This document shows positions 41,657 to 50,964 of a DNA stretch of 64,000 bases, piece by piece. Source of the DNA: Chloropicon primus (taxonomy: Eukaryota); assembly GCA_023205875.1 (NCBI GenBank), contig CP060755.1:930001-994000 (forward strand), read 5' to 3'. The notes beneath the pieces were generated by a model. That model was not told the DNA's origin, made no database searches, and was given only the letters and a program-made list of their open reading frames with translations. Numbering within the stretch: position 1 is the stretch's first letter; the number at the start of each line of letters is the position of its first letter. A program made the position numbers and the translations under genes.

Positions 41657-41887
41657 TCAGCCGTACACGTTGTCGCCGAGGCCTCCGACAGGCGGCATGC
41701 CCAGCGCTGCTGCTGCGAACGTCGCGTTCGCCGTCGCGTTCGCCGTCGCGTTCACCGGCAGGCCGTTCTCGTCGTAAATGACACCGAGAGCTGGAAGGAG
41801 CGTTTCCGCTAGCCCTGGGGCGCAGCCGCACGCGGCCAAAAGCGCCAGCACGAGGAGGAGCACTCGCCTCGACCAGTCTCCCCCCAT
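41657..41887 (-). CDS. Small secreted peptide P4 (76 aa; NATANATANAT; C-terminal Gly)
   Basis: Signal peptide RRVLLLVLALLAACGCAPGLA; TGTAA about 65 nt after the stop. Confidence 0.65.
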   Translation of the reverse strand: MGGDWSRRVLLLVLALLAACGCAPGLAETLLPALGVIYDENGLPVNATANATANATFAAAALGMPPVGGLGDNVYG

Positions 41888-41905
41888 TTTTTTTTTGGAC
41901 ACGCG

Positions 41906-41907
<2 letters not shown>

Positions 41908-41941
<34 letters not shown>
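41908..41941. repeat. (TG/CA)n microsatellite in the 5' region of P4
   Basis: Visible TG run. Confidence 0.9.
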
Positions 41942-41942
<1 letters not shown>

Positions 41943-42488
41943 TTCCCTCTCCGAGAGTCAGCCCAAAAGAAGGAGAGAACAAGGACGCTTCTCTTTTCTG
42001 TTTTCCACGCGGCAAGACCCCCTTAACGCCCGCGCGAGCGTTACCGCTTCCGGTCTTCTCCTTCGTCGTCGCCACCAGCCCCCTCACTGACCGAGAGGGA
42101 AAAAAAAATTGCCCGAACCTCGAAGCAAGGTTGGGGGGGGTAATCTCGATCGCCTTGGGTGATGGATTGGGGAGCGCGTAACAAACAGGGTTTTCTTCGG
42201 GGGGGTGGGGTCGAGGGCACACTACGCACTTCGCGCACACTTCACTCCCCCACCAAACCCCTTTCTCCCCTTTGTCGTTGCGCGAAGGAGATGATGGAGG
42301 GTGGTTTCTTGTCCGTGAGAGAGGGAGGGACGACGACGGAGGCGAGTTCCGGCTGGCAAAGGAAGAAACAATTGCGTCGTCGGATAAAGTGTACATGAAA
42401 AGCAAGGTAATGCAAGAACAAAAAAAAGAAGTGGTTTCGGCTCCGCGGCCCCGAGGGCTCGGCGGGCCCCCCTCGCTCCGCTCGCTCC

Positions 42489-42851
42489 TCACTTCCCCAC
42501 CTGGGTGAAGACGGGGTCCACGAAGGTGTCGAGCACGGACTGCCCGCCGGCGGTGAAGATCCCGTCCCAGAAGTTGCCCAACACGGTCCCCAGGATGGGG
42601 ATGCCCGCCCCAGGGCTGCCGAAGAGCCTGCCCTCGTTCTCCATGAAGGACTCGGAGGCGTCCTCCAGCTCGTCACTCAAGTCGCCGAAGGCGTTCGGGC
42701 TCACGAGGCCCTGGAGGTACGGCGGGAGCGTAATCGGGGCAACCCCCGGCCAGGTCAGCTGCTGGAGCTTCCTGCCCTGCGCCGAGGCCAGGCCAGCCAC
42801 CAGCGCCACGAGCACCAGCAGCATCCTTGTCAACATCTTGTTCTGCGTCAT
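42489..42851 (-). CDS. Small secreted prepropeptide-like protein P2 (120 aa, RKLQQ motif, ends -VGK)
   Basis: Signal peptide MLLVLVALVAGLASA, then QGRKLQQ; strongly GC3-biased codons. Confidence 0.78.
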   Translation of the reverse strand: MTQNKMLTRMLLVLVALVAGLASAQGRKLQQLTWPGVAPITLPPYLQGLVSPNAFGDLSDELEDASESFMENEGRLFGSPGAGIPILGTVLGNFWDGIFTAGGQSVLDTFVDPVFTQVGK

Positions 42852-43320
42852 CCTCCTAATCGTAATCGTCGTCCTCCTCGTCGCTGGCGGTGGCGGTATG
42901 ATGGAAGTGGTCGCGAGTGAATGTGAGCTCTGCGGTCGTCCTCGTCGTCCTCGTCCAGCAACTGTTGCGCGCGCTCCTGAGAATTCTGACACAGCGGTTG
43001 TTGTTGTCCCAAGGAAGAGAAGAGAGGAGGAGGAGGAAGGGCTTCGGCCTCAAACCTTGGTCCTCACTCCTTCGCTCTCGTCCCCCTCCTCAACACGGCC
43101 CTCTCTACTCTCCCCACCCAGCAACCTTGACGCCCCACCGCACAGAGTACAAAATCGCACGGTGGAAACCTTAGCCGAATCTGCTTGATCTCGCGTCTCT
43201 CCCTCAGGCGTCCTGGGGGTCAGAAGGTCAGAAGGAGGTTGAAGCGTTACGTGCGTTACCCGAAAGAGAACGCAAGAGAAGCGAGCGACGAGCTTGAGAA
43301 CTACTACTGCTGCTGCTGTG

Positions 43321-43683
43321 ATGACGATGATGAGGGCGAGAGGGTTCTCCTTGGTGGTCCTGGCCCTGGTGGCGGGAGTCTTCGCGTCGGTGGCGAGCGC
43401 GTCGACGCGAAATTTGCAGCAGAGCTTCCTGAGGAACGGGATTCAGGCCCCGAGGACGCTGTACATCCCGGGCCTCGGCCTGTCCATCGCGATCGGGAAC
43501 GTTCCCGGCTTCTACACGTCCGAGATCTTCTCCAGCCTGCTGGAGGACGGGCCCCTCTCAGGGCTCGGGGACCTGGACGACTACGGGTTCGACAGCCTCA
43601 TCGAGCAGGCGGTCACCAACTCGATCGCCCTGGCCTCGGACGCGGCCACGGGGTCCTCCACCATCGTTGCGGGCAAGAAGTGA
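43321..43683 (+). CDS. Small secreted prepropeptide-like protein P3 (120 aa, RNLQQ motif, ends -AGKK)
   Basis: Signal peptide FSLVVLALVAGVFASVASA, then STRNLQQ; T-rich 3' UTR with TGTAA near 43752. Confidence 0.78.
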   Translation: MTMMRARGFSLVVLALVAGVFASVASASTRNLQQSFLRNGIQAPRTLYIPGLGLSIAIGNVPGFYTSEIFSSLLEDGPLSGLGDLDDYGFDSLIEQAVTNSIALASDAATGSSTIVAGKK

Positions 43684-43778
43684 GCCCCCCGGTTGTCTTT
43701 TTTCTTTCTCGCCTGTTTTCGCTTCGTATTCGATGACTTGTTTTTTGCTGTTGTAATGTTTACATCTTTACGCGCCAG

Positions 43779-44954
43779 TCACGCGCCGACGCCGGCACCG
43801 CCATCTTCTTCACCACCGCCTCCTCCTCCTGCTGCTCCCCGGCCCACCATCCGCACGGAGACGTTGATCCTGTGCTCGTCCAGGTACCCCCTCAGGCTCG
43901 GGCTCGGGCTCGGGCTCCTCTTCCCGCCGCCCGCCACGCCGCCGCGGCGGGGGGTCTTGGAGAAGATCCTCGGCACGCCGTGGAAGCACGACCTCGACCG
44001 CCCCGACAGGACGACGACGTCCCCGCTCCGGACGAGCATCGCCGTCGGCCTCACCCCCTTGGTGGTTCCCCCCAGGAGGAAGACGGCGTCGCACCCCAGG
44101 CTGACGCTCACGAGGGGCTGGCTCAGGTCGAGCTCCGCGTCGTCCTTGTGCCCCCCCAGGGTGTCCTTCGATCCGTAAAAGTTCAGGAGGGCCGCGTCCG
44201 CGCTGTAGCCCCCGCTCGCCTGCACCCGCCCCGACGCCCCCCGCAGGTCCCGAACCAGGGCGTCCGCCAGCTCCTTGAGCCTCCGCGGCAGCCCCCTGCA
44301 GGGGACGTCGTCGCGATACACCCGCCTCGTCCAGTCGTACTGGGGCCCCAGGGAGACCCAGCGGAGCCTGTCCAGCAGGACCTGGGCGGGCGTCTGGGAT
44401 GCGGCGGGGTGATCCGCGGCCGACCAGCAGCCCTGGCCCCCTGCTGGGAGCTCCCCACCCGCGCCTCCCCCGGCGCCAGGCCGGTAGAAGAGGCCCCGCC
44501 TCGCCGCCCCCCAAAGCCCCCTGATGCGAGTGCCGTGCTCCCTGGTGAAGTTCGAGGTCGCGGGGGGCTCGATGTGCTCGCTCAGGATCTCGCCCGCGAG
44601 GTCCTCCACGGCAGACTCGTCCAGCAGCCCCGACACGAAGTAGAACCCCGGGTGCCCGTCCAGCGTGTACAACCCCCTCGCAGCGGCAGCGGAGGGGACG
44701 GCTTCCGTCTCGAGGGCGGCGGCCCCCGGGGGAGGCTCCGCGGACCGGAAGTCCAGGACCTCCGACAGGTCCGTGGGCCTCTCCCTGAACTCCCCCTTCC
44801 CTCGAAGCTTCCCCTTGCTGAACGCCATGACCTGGTCGTAGTGCAGCTGGTACTTCTTTTCCGCCTCCCTGAAAGGGTTCGGGTTCGGGTGAGGCGCCGC
44901 CGACGACGGCGACGACGGGTACCCTGAACGGGCGCTGGCCCCCTCCCCCTCCAT
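43779..44954 (-). CDS. ALKBH1: AlkB homolog 1-like 2OG-Fe(II) dioxygenase
   Basis: LRWVSLGPQYDW, NFY..TLGGHKDDAE (HxD), HGVPRI and RINVSVR. Confidence 0.9.
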   Translation of the reverse strand: MEGEGASARSGYPSSPSSAAPHPNPNPFREAEKKYQLHYDQVMAFSKGKLRGKGEFRERPTDLSEVLDFRSAEPPPGAAALETEAVPSAAAARGLYTLDGHPGFYFVSGLLDESAVEDLAGEILSEHIEPPATSNFTREHGTRIRGLWGAARRGLFYRPGAGGGAGGELPAGGQGCWSAADHPAASQTPAQVLLDRLRWVSLGPQYDWTRRVYRDDVPCRGLPRRLKELADALVRDLRGASGRVQASGGYSADAALLNFYGSKDTLGGHKDDAELDLSQPLVSVSLGCDAVFLLGGTTKGVRPTAMLVRSGDVVVLSGRSRSCFHGVPRIFSKTPRRGGVAGGGKRSPSPSPSLRGYLDEHRINVSVRMVGRGAAGGGGGGEEDGGAGVGA

Positions 44955-45026
44955 AGGAACGCGCGCCCGACCCCCCTCCCCCTTCCTTCACCAACGACGA
45001 CGACGACGACGACGACGACGTGCGAG

Positions 45027-45028
<2 letters not shown>

Positions 45029-45062
<34 letters not shown>
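45029..45062. repeat. (GA)n microsatellite
   Basis: Visible GA run upstream of ALKBH1. Confidence 0.9.
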
Positions 45063-45063
<1 letters not shown>

Positions 45064-45350
45064 GCCTCATTGATGCGAACACCCGAAACGGAGAGAGATC
45101 ATGAACGGAAGGAGACCGCACGGGAGAGAGGATCACGAGGAGCGAAGGACATGAAGCAGGGCGGCATGGAATGCCTAATGCTCCAATCACCTCCCTGACA
45201 CTGACTGACAACGACAAGCAAGAATTGATCGCTGAAAATTTCGGCCACTGTCTATTCTATGGGGCGCGGGCGTTGGGGTGGGGTCGACTGACTAACGTCC
45301 GTTCTGTGTGTGTCAAACCAACCACGACGACACACGACAACCGCGCGGCG

Positions 45351-46286
45351 ATGAAGGGTGGTGGGGACGAGGCCGCGGGGGCCGCGGGGGGCTCCTCCAA
45401 GGACGAGGCCGCGTGGAAGGAGAGGGCGGTGCGCAAGTGGGAGAAGGAGGTCGAGGCCTGTGCGTACCTACTGTGCGGCGGGGTGCCTCCTGTGCTCGAG
45501 TGGGGCGAGCTCGAGCAGGCGATGGAGGAGGTTCAAAAGTCGTCGATGAGGTCGCCGACCAGCGTGCTGGACGAGGAGGGGCTCCCCCTGTACTCGAGGT
45601 GCGCGGCGGGGATCGTCAAGCTGCTGCGGGGGAGGGGCCTGCTGGAGGAGGGGGAGGTGCTGGAGAAGGTGGTGGGGCCCCATGAGAGCTCGAGCGAGCC
45701 CAAGTTCGCGCCGAGGGCCTCCGTGAGGGTTCGGTCGGACTACGGCCGCCGCTGCCAGTGGCCCTACCCGTACCACACCCTGGCCGGCTTCCTCTTCGGG
45801 GCGGAGGGGAAGGTCCAGAGCTTCAAGGGGCTCGAGGCCAACACCGCCGCCATGGCGTTCGGCGCCCGGGGAGCGACCCAGCCCGTCTACGTCGTCTCCT
45901 TCCCACTCGACAGTTTGTTGACCGCGCCGGAGACCGTGGCGGCCGTCAGGGGGATGACCGTGGATGTCGAGGTCGTGGAAGCCTGGCTCGAGGCAGTGGA
46001 TCCGGTTCAGAGAATTTTCGAGGCCTGGCCAAAGGACGCCAAGAGGGAGAGGATGAGGCAGTTTCGGAGCGAGTTCGAGCACGCTTACCTGTATGGCCAC
46101 CCCCCAGCCCCGGGTCAGGACCTCTCCTCCAACGCCGTCGCCTTGCTCGTCGAGAAAAACCTCGTGGCGGCCAAGGACATCAGCGAAACGGTGTCGGAGA
46201 GGGAGAAAGTCCTGCTGGATTACCAGGCCTCCTTCTCCAAAAAGGCCTTCTTCGTCAAAAAGTCGCCTCCTTCTTCCTCTTCGTAG
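45351..46286 (+). CDS. Divergent nitrile/thiocyanate hydratase beta-subunit-like protein with C-terminal stub resembling the alpha N-terminus
   Basis: WEKEVEA..GELEQAME..LYSRCAAGIVKLL..RGLL, PKFAPRASVRVR, GFLFGAEGKV, QPVYVVSF and TVDVEVVEAWLE follow the NHase beta pattern by eye. No CxxCSC motif is present. Confidence 0.65.
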   Translation: MKGGGDEAAGAAGGSSKDEAAWKERAVRKWEKEVEACAYLLCGGVPPVLEWGELEQAMEEVQKSSMRSPTSVLDEEGLPLYSRCAAGIVKLLRGRGLLEEGEVLEKVVGPHESSSEPKFAPRASVRVRSDYGRRCQWPYPYHTLAGFLFGAEGKVQSFKGLEANTAAMAFGARGATQPVYVVSFPLDSLLTAPETVAAVRGMTVDVEVVEAWLEAVDPVQRIFEAWPKDAKRERMRQFRSEFEHAYLYGHPPAPGQDLSSNAVALLVEKNLVAAKDISETVSEREKVLLDYQASFSKKAFFVKKSPPSSSS

Positions 46287-46515
46287 AGGGGAGAGGGGAT
46301 CGAGGGGGGGCAACAAGGGCAACCCACGTATTATCTTCATTCATTAGCATCTTAGCAGCCTCTTTGACGCACACACCGCAACCAACAATCTCCTCCCCCC
46401 TCGATCAGATCATCTTGGCCTGGCTTTGAGGTCAGGAAAGCGTTATCTCATAACTTTTTTTTGAGCGCGGTCCGGCCAGGAGCGGGGGGAGGGCTTCTTC
46501 GTGCGAGGGCGAGGG

Positions 46516-48933
46516 ATGGCGCCCGCGAGGTGCGCGAGGCCCCAAGGCCTGCGGTCGACCTCAACCTGCCGCCCGCCTCGGCGGAGGGTCGACCTGAACC
46601 ACCTGCTGACGGGGGGAGGAGGGGCGGGGACGAGGAGGAGGGAGAGTTGGAAGGCCCCCTCGGGGGAACGGTCGCCTCCGGCGGCAACCAGGTCGGGCAG
46701 CGGCGAGCGCGCGACAGGGCAGCACGTCTCCGCGAAGACGAGGAAGCCGGACGAGGTTGACGCGTACACGCTGAAGATTCTCGACTGGGAGAGCGTGTGC
46801 TCCCACGTCTCAATATTCACCTCGACCAAGCTCGGGCGGCTCGAGTGCTACGGCATGGAGCTCGGGTCCGACGTGGAGAGGAGCGAGAGGCTGCAGGGGG
46901 AGACCCGGGCCGTGCACTGCCTCGAGGCAGAGCTTGGGAAGAGGGTGGAGTTCCGAGGGGTGGACAGCTCGCTCGTGCAGTCCGCGATCAGGAGGGCAGA
47001 GAACGGGGGCCGACTGTCCCCCGAGCTCTTCAGGTCGGTCCTGACGCTGATGACGTGCATGGACCAGATCAAGTCTCTCGTGAAATCGTCCTTCCAGTCG
47101 CAGAAGGGGCCCACGAAGCAGCGCCTTTCGCCCCTCATGGGTTTCGTGGAGGACCTCTCGAGCTGCAAGCAGCTGCAAAAGGAGATCGGCGAGAGGATCG
47201 ACGAGGACAACAACGTGAGGGACAACGCGTCCAAGACGCTGTCCAAGCTCCGCGGCCAAATCGGAGTCCTGGAGAGAAAGGTGCTGGCTCAGGTGCGGGG
47301 CAAGGGGGAGAGCCCCACGACTCACAAGGGCAGGGTCTGCCTCGAGATTTTCCCGACGGAGTTGCCAAAATACGAGAAGACGTGCCTGTTGATCGGGAAC
47401 GCAGAGACCGGGGGCATGCTGTACGTGGAACCCACGTCCGTGATCGCGATGAACAACAATTTGATGGAGCTGAGAACCCAGGAGGCCGCGGAGATCGAGA
47501 CGATATGCTGGCAACTCACCTCGATGGTGACCGAGGAGTTGCCCGAGCTGCAGAGGCTCTTCGAGGTTCTCGTGAGGCTGGACACGATCGTGGCGCGGGC
47601 CAGGTACACGATAAGCGTGAATGGGAACTGGCCGCAGCTCGTGGAGGCGGGCGGCAAGGCGGGGAACGAAAAGTTCGCCGTGAGACTCAAGCAGCTCAGG
47701 AATCCGCTGCTATTGTGGGAGCAGCGGAAGGCTCAGATGGCCTCGTCCTCGAGCAAGAAGGAGGTCGAGGCGAAGAAGCCGGTTCCTGTAGACATTTTTG
47801 TGGAGAAAGGGGTGTCCGCAATCGTGATCACTGGGCCGAACACGGGAGGGAAAACGGCTTGCATGAAGGCCTTGGGGATCGTCTCCCTGATGTCGAGGGC
47901 AGGCCTTGGCGTGCCGGCCTCTGGCTCGGTTATTCTGCCTGCTTTCGACAACGTCTACGCTGACATTGGCGACGAGCAGAGTCTGAGCAACAACCTCTCT
48001 ACCTTCAGCAGCCACGTGAAGCACATACAGAGCATTTCCGAGCACTGCACGGGGCGAAGCTTGGTGCTGTTGGATGAGCTGGGAACGGGAACGGATCCCA
48101 TGGAGGGTTCCGCCCTGGGGGCAGCGATCATGAAGTCCTTCCTGGGCAGAGCCCAACTCACAATCGCCACAACGCACTTTGGCCACATCAGTGGCTTGAA
48201 GTACGTGGATTCCAGGGTAGAGAACGCCGCGGTGGATTTCGATCCGGACACCCTGAGCCCAACGTACCAGATCATTTGGGGGGCTTCTGGCAAGTCCAAC
48301 GCCTTCCACATCGCAACCTCTTTGGGGCTCCAGGAGGAGATCTTGAGCGAGGCTATGGAGATCGCGGGGTCCGCTTCAGCTGACTCGGGGAGCGAGTTGG
48401 CCGACGCCCTGGAGGCCCTGAAGGTCAGCATGGAGGAGTCCTCCTACAAGGTCAGGAGGAGCATCATGCGAACCAGGACGATGTACGAGAGCGCGAATAA
48501 GGCCCTGCACTCTCTCAAAGTGGATCAGCTGAAGCTGAACCAGAAGAAGAGCTCCTCGCTCGTGAGAATCCTCGAGGAATCCAGGGAAAAGGTGAAGGAG
48601 ATCATGAAGGCGCAGATGAGGGAGGAAGCGGAGAGTCGCCGGAGGAGATCCGAGTCGAAGGCCACGAGCAAGGTGGGGAAGCTCGTGACTAAAGTCCAGA
48701 AGAAGAGGGACAAGAGGCTAAAGCGATCGAAGATGACCAAGCTGAAGCTGAACGAGGCCTGGGTGCACCCCGGTCAAACCGGCGGGGCGGCGCCGGGCGT
48801 GGGCTCCACGGTCTTCATCCCTCAGTTCAAGGCGAAGGCGAAGGTCCTTTCGGTCGAGGGCAGCGACCTCGTCGTGCAGATGGGCGCCGTGAAGATGAAA
48901 GTGAAAAGAAATAGTGTACAAAATTCGTCCTGA
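46516..48933 (+). CDS. MutS2: MutS2-family ATPase, probably plastid-targeted, lacking the Smr domain
   Basis: LKILDW, ITGPNTGGKT, DIGDEQSLSNNLSTFSSH, LLDELGTGTDPMEG, ATTH and GKSNAF; ends with a KOW-like segment. Confidence 0.9.
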   Translation: MAPARCARPQGLRSTSTCRPPRRRVDLNHLLTGGGGAGTRRRESWKAPSGERSPPAATRSGSGERATGQHVSAKTRKPDEVDAYTLKILDWESVCSHVSIFTSTKLGRLECYGMELGSDVERSERLQGETRAVHCLEAELGKRVEFRGVDSSLVQSAIRRAENGGRLSPELFRSVLTLMTCMDQIKSLVKSSFQSQKGPTKQRLSPLMGFVEDLSSCKQLQKEIGERIDEDNNVRDNASKTLSKLRGQIGVLERKVLAQVRGKGESPTTHKGRVCLEIFPTELPKYEKTCLLIGNAETGGMLYVEPTSVIAMNNNLMELRTQEAAEIETICWQLTSMVTEELPELQRLFEVLVRLDTIVARARYTISVNGNWPQLVEAGGKAGNEKFAVRLKQLRNPLLLWEQRKAQMASSSSKKEVEAKKPVPVDIFVEKGVSAIVITGPNTGGKTACMKALGIVSLMSRAGLGVPASGSVILPAFDNVYADIGDEQSLSNNLSTFSSHVKHIQSISEHCTGRSLVLLDELGTGTDPMEGSALGAAIMKSFLGRAQLTIATTHFGHISGLKYVDSRVENAAVDFDPDTLSPTYQIIWGASGKSNAFHIATSLGLQEEILSEAMEIAGSASADSGSELADALEALKVSMEESSYKVRRSIMRTRTMYESANKALHSLKVDQLKLNQKKSSSLVRILEESREKVKEIMKAQMREEAESRRRRSESKATSKVGKLVTKVQKKRDKRLKRSKMTKLKLNEAWVHPGQTGGAAPGVGSTVFIPQFKAKAKVLSVEGSDLVVQMGAVKMKVKRNSVQNSS

Positions 48934-49025
48934 TCCAAACTTTCAGGCAGACTGTAATACTAAATTGTGTCTTCTCTTGCTTTGCCGCTTCGCTTCCCTT
49001 GAGGGCAGGCGGCTCGCAGGGGCTC

Positions 49026-49544
49026 TCACGCTCGCTCCTTCAGGGGCAGCAAGAAGTACAACGAAACGGGCTCGAGCTTGTCGCCAAACTGGAGGAGGTC
49101 CTGCGAGTGCAGCACGACCGGCGGCGAGGAGGGAGCGTACAGAATCTTGCCCACGCTCACGCCGTTCTTCCCCAAAATAGTGAGCTCCCAGTTCCTCGTG
49201 TCAAAGTTGTACGAGATCTTCGCGTGCTTTCGCGATATGCTCATGCTGTTTCCGAGGACGACGTCCACTGGGGTGGACTTGCTCTTCCTCCCGATGAAGA
49301 TCTCGTACTTCTTCAACAAGTAGTCGATGTCCGAGCCCTCCACCCCCTTGAGCCTCGCGAAACCTACTTTCTTCACGAGCTCCATCTCCTCCAACCCGAG
49401 CGCCGTCTCCTCCTTTCTCTTGTTCTCCTCCCCCTCGTCCTCGACCACCACAACGTCCCCCGTTTCCTCCTCCCCTCCTCCCCCCGCCCCTTCCTCCCTC
49501 TTCTCCCTCGCGTCCACGTCCATGGGGTCCATGGCGTCCGCCAT
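49026..49544 (-). CDS. FHA-domain protein (plant FHA1/FHA2-like)
   Basis: GFARL..IGRKSK..ISRKHAKI..LGKNGV contains the FHA GR, SxxH and NG motifs. Confidence 0.88.
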   Translation of the reverse strand: MADAMDPMDVDAREKREEGAGGGGEEETGDVVVVEDEGEENKRKEETALGLEEMELVKKVGFARLKGVEGSDIDYLLKKYEIFIGRKSKSTPVDVVLGNSMSISRKHAKISYNFDTRNWELTILGKNGVSVGKILYAPSSPPVVLHSQDLLQFGDKLEPVSLYFLLPLKERA

Positions 49545-49551
49545 TGTGTGC

Positions 49552-49592
<41 letters not shown>
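49545..49592. repeat. (TG/CA)n microsatellite immediately upstream of the FHA start codon
   Basis: Visible TG run. Confidence 0.9.
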
Positions 49593-49593
<1 letters not shown>

Positions 49594-50252
49594 TGCCGCC
49601 CCGCGGGATCCTCCTCTCCACCACAAAGCGACACCTTATCCGCGAGCCAAGCCGAGCGCAGCCAAAGGCCTCGCCGCCCCTTCCTCCACCTCCTCTCCTC
49701 GACCTCGAAAGTACAAGCACAAGCACAAGCACAAGACCGACCTCCTCACGATCTCCCTCTCTCTCTCTCTCAGGAGTGGCTCGTGTCTCCCGCGCAAAAA
49801 CGAAAATTATTTTGCGAGGACGAAGGCGGAAGAGGGAGTTGCCAGTGCCCGTGCGGTGCGTGCTTGATGCAGAGGGAGAACTAGGCCTGGGAGGCAGAGA
49901 GAAGAAGGCGTGCGCTTCGAAACATCTCGGAGGGGAACGCGTGCGTGCGCTGCTTCGCTTCGTTTCGTTTGGCTTTGTGTTTGCCGCCGTGGAAGAGAAG
50001 AGAAGCCAAGGGGACGAAACGGTTTTTGGCTTGGTTTGGTTTGGGGAAGCCGCGCTTGCTTGCTTGTTTGGGCGAACCCTTTTCTCGTGGGCAGCGACGG
50101 AGTCGAGCCGCCGGGTCGGGTTTTGAGTTAGGAGGCGAGCAGAGTGCTTGGGATCGGCGTCTTTAGCACACACGCACGCAGAGCAGATCATTTACTGCTC
50201 TCACTTGCTTGCTTGAGCGACGCCGACGACGAGGAGGAGGCGGAGGAGGAGG

Positions 50253-50964
50253 ATGGCAGCGATAAACATCACGAACGTTCAGGTTCTGGACAACCCCACG
50301 AAGTTCACGAACCCTTTCCAATTCGAGATCGAGTACGAGTGCTTGTATGACTTGAAGGACGACTTGGAGTGGAAGCTCATCTACGTGGGATCCGCCGAGA
50401 GCGAGAAGTACGACCAAGTCTTGGACTCTGTTCTCGTGGGCCCGGTGTACGCGGGAGGGTACCGCTTTGTGTTTCAGGCGAACCCCCCGGACGTGTCGCG
50501 ACTGCCGACGAAAGACATCGTCGGGGTGACTGTGGTGTTCCTTTCGTGCTCTTACAACGGAGAGGAGTTCATCAGGGTTGGCTACTACGTCAACAACGAG
50601 TACGAGGAGGAGTTGAGGGAAACGCCTCCGGCCACGCCTCAGATCGAGAAGCTAGTGAGAAACATTCTCGCTGACAAGCCAAGGGTAACCAAGTGGAGCA
50701 TCAACTTTGACTCCACCTCTGGTGGAGTGTCCATGCAGGTGAGTATTTTTCTTCGACGACGCCCGGCTCACGACCGTCTTCCCCGCGCATCCTCCTCACG
50801 CAACCCACGCGCGGCATCGTCGTCTCTGACGCAAACTCTCTTTCTCTCTCTTTCTGCTTCGAACGCACGCTTGCTTCCCACCGACCCAGGGCGGAGGCAC
50901 CGGCCATGCCGACATGGCTGCCCAGATGTTGCAAGAGCAGCAAGGTGCTATGCTTATCGACTAG
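50253..50964 (+). CDS. ASF1: Histone H3-H4 chaperone ASF1; exons 50253-50738 and 50890-50964
   Basis: DLEWKLIYVGSAESEKYDQVLDSVLVGP, EFIRVGYYVNNEY and RNILADKPRVT. A CAG|GTGAGT...CCAG phase-0 intron gives a short final exon. Confidence 0.95.

Noticed and set aside
11448..50964. Ubinuclein and ASF1 (both HIRA pathway) in one window
   Set aside because: They are 38 kb and more than 20 genes apart; no evidence of functional clustering.
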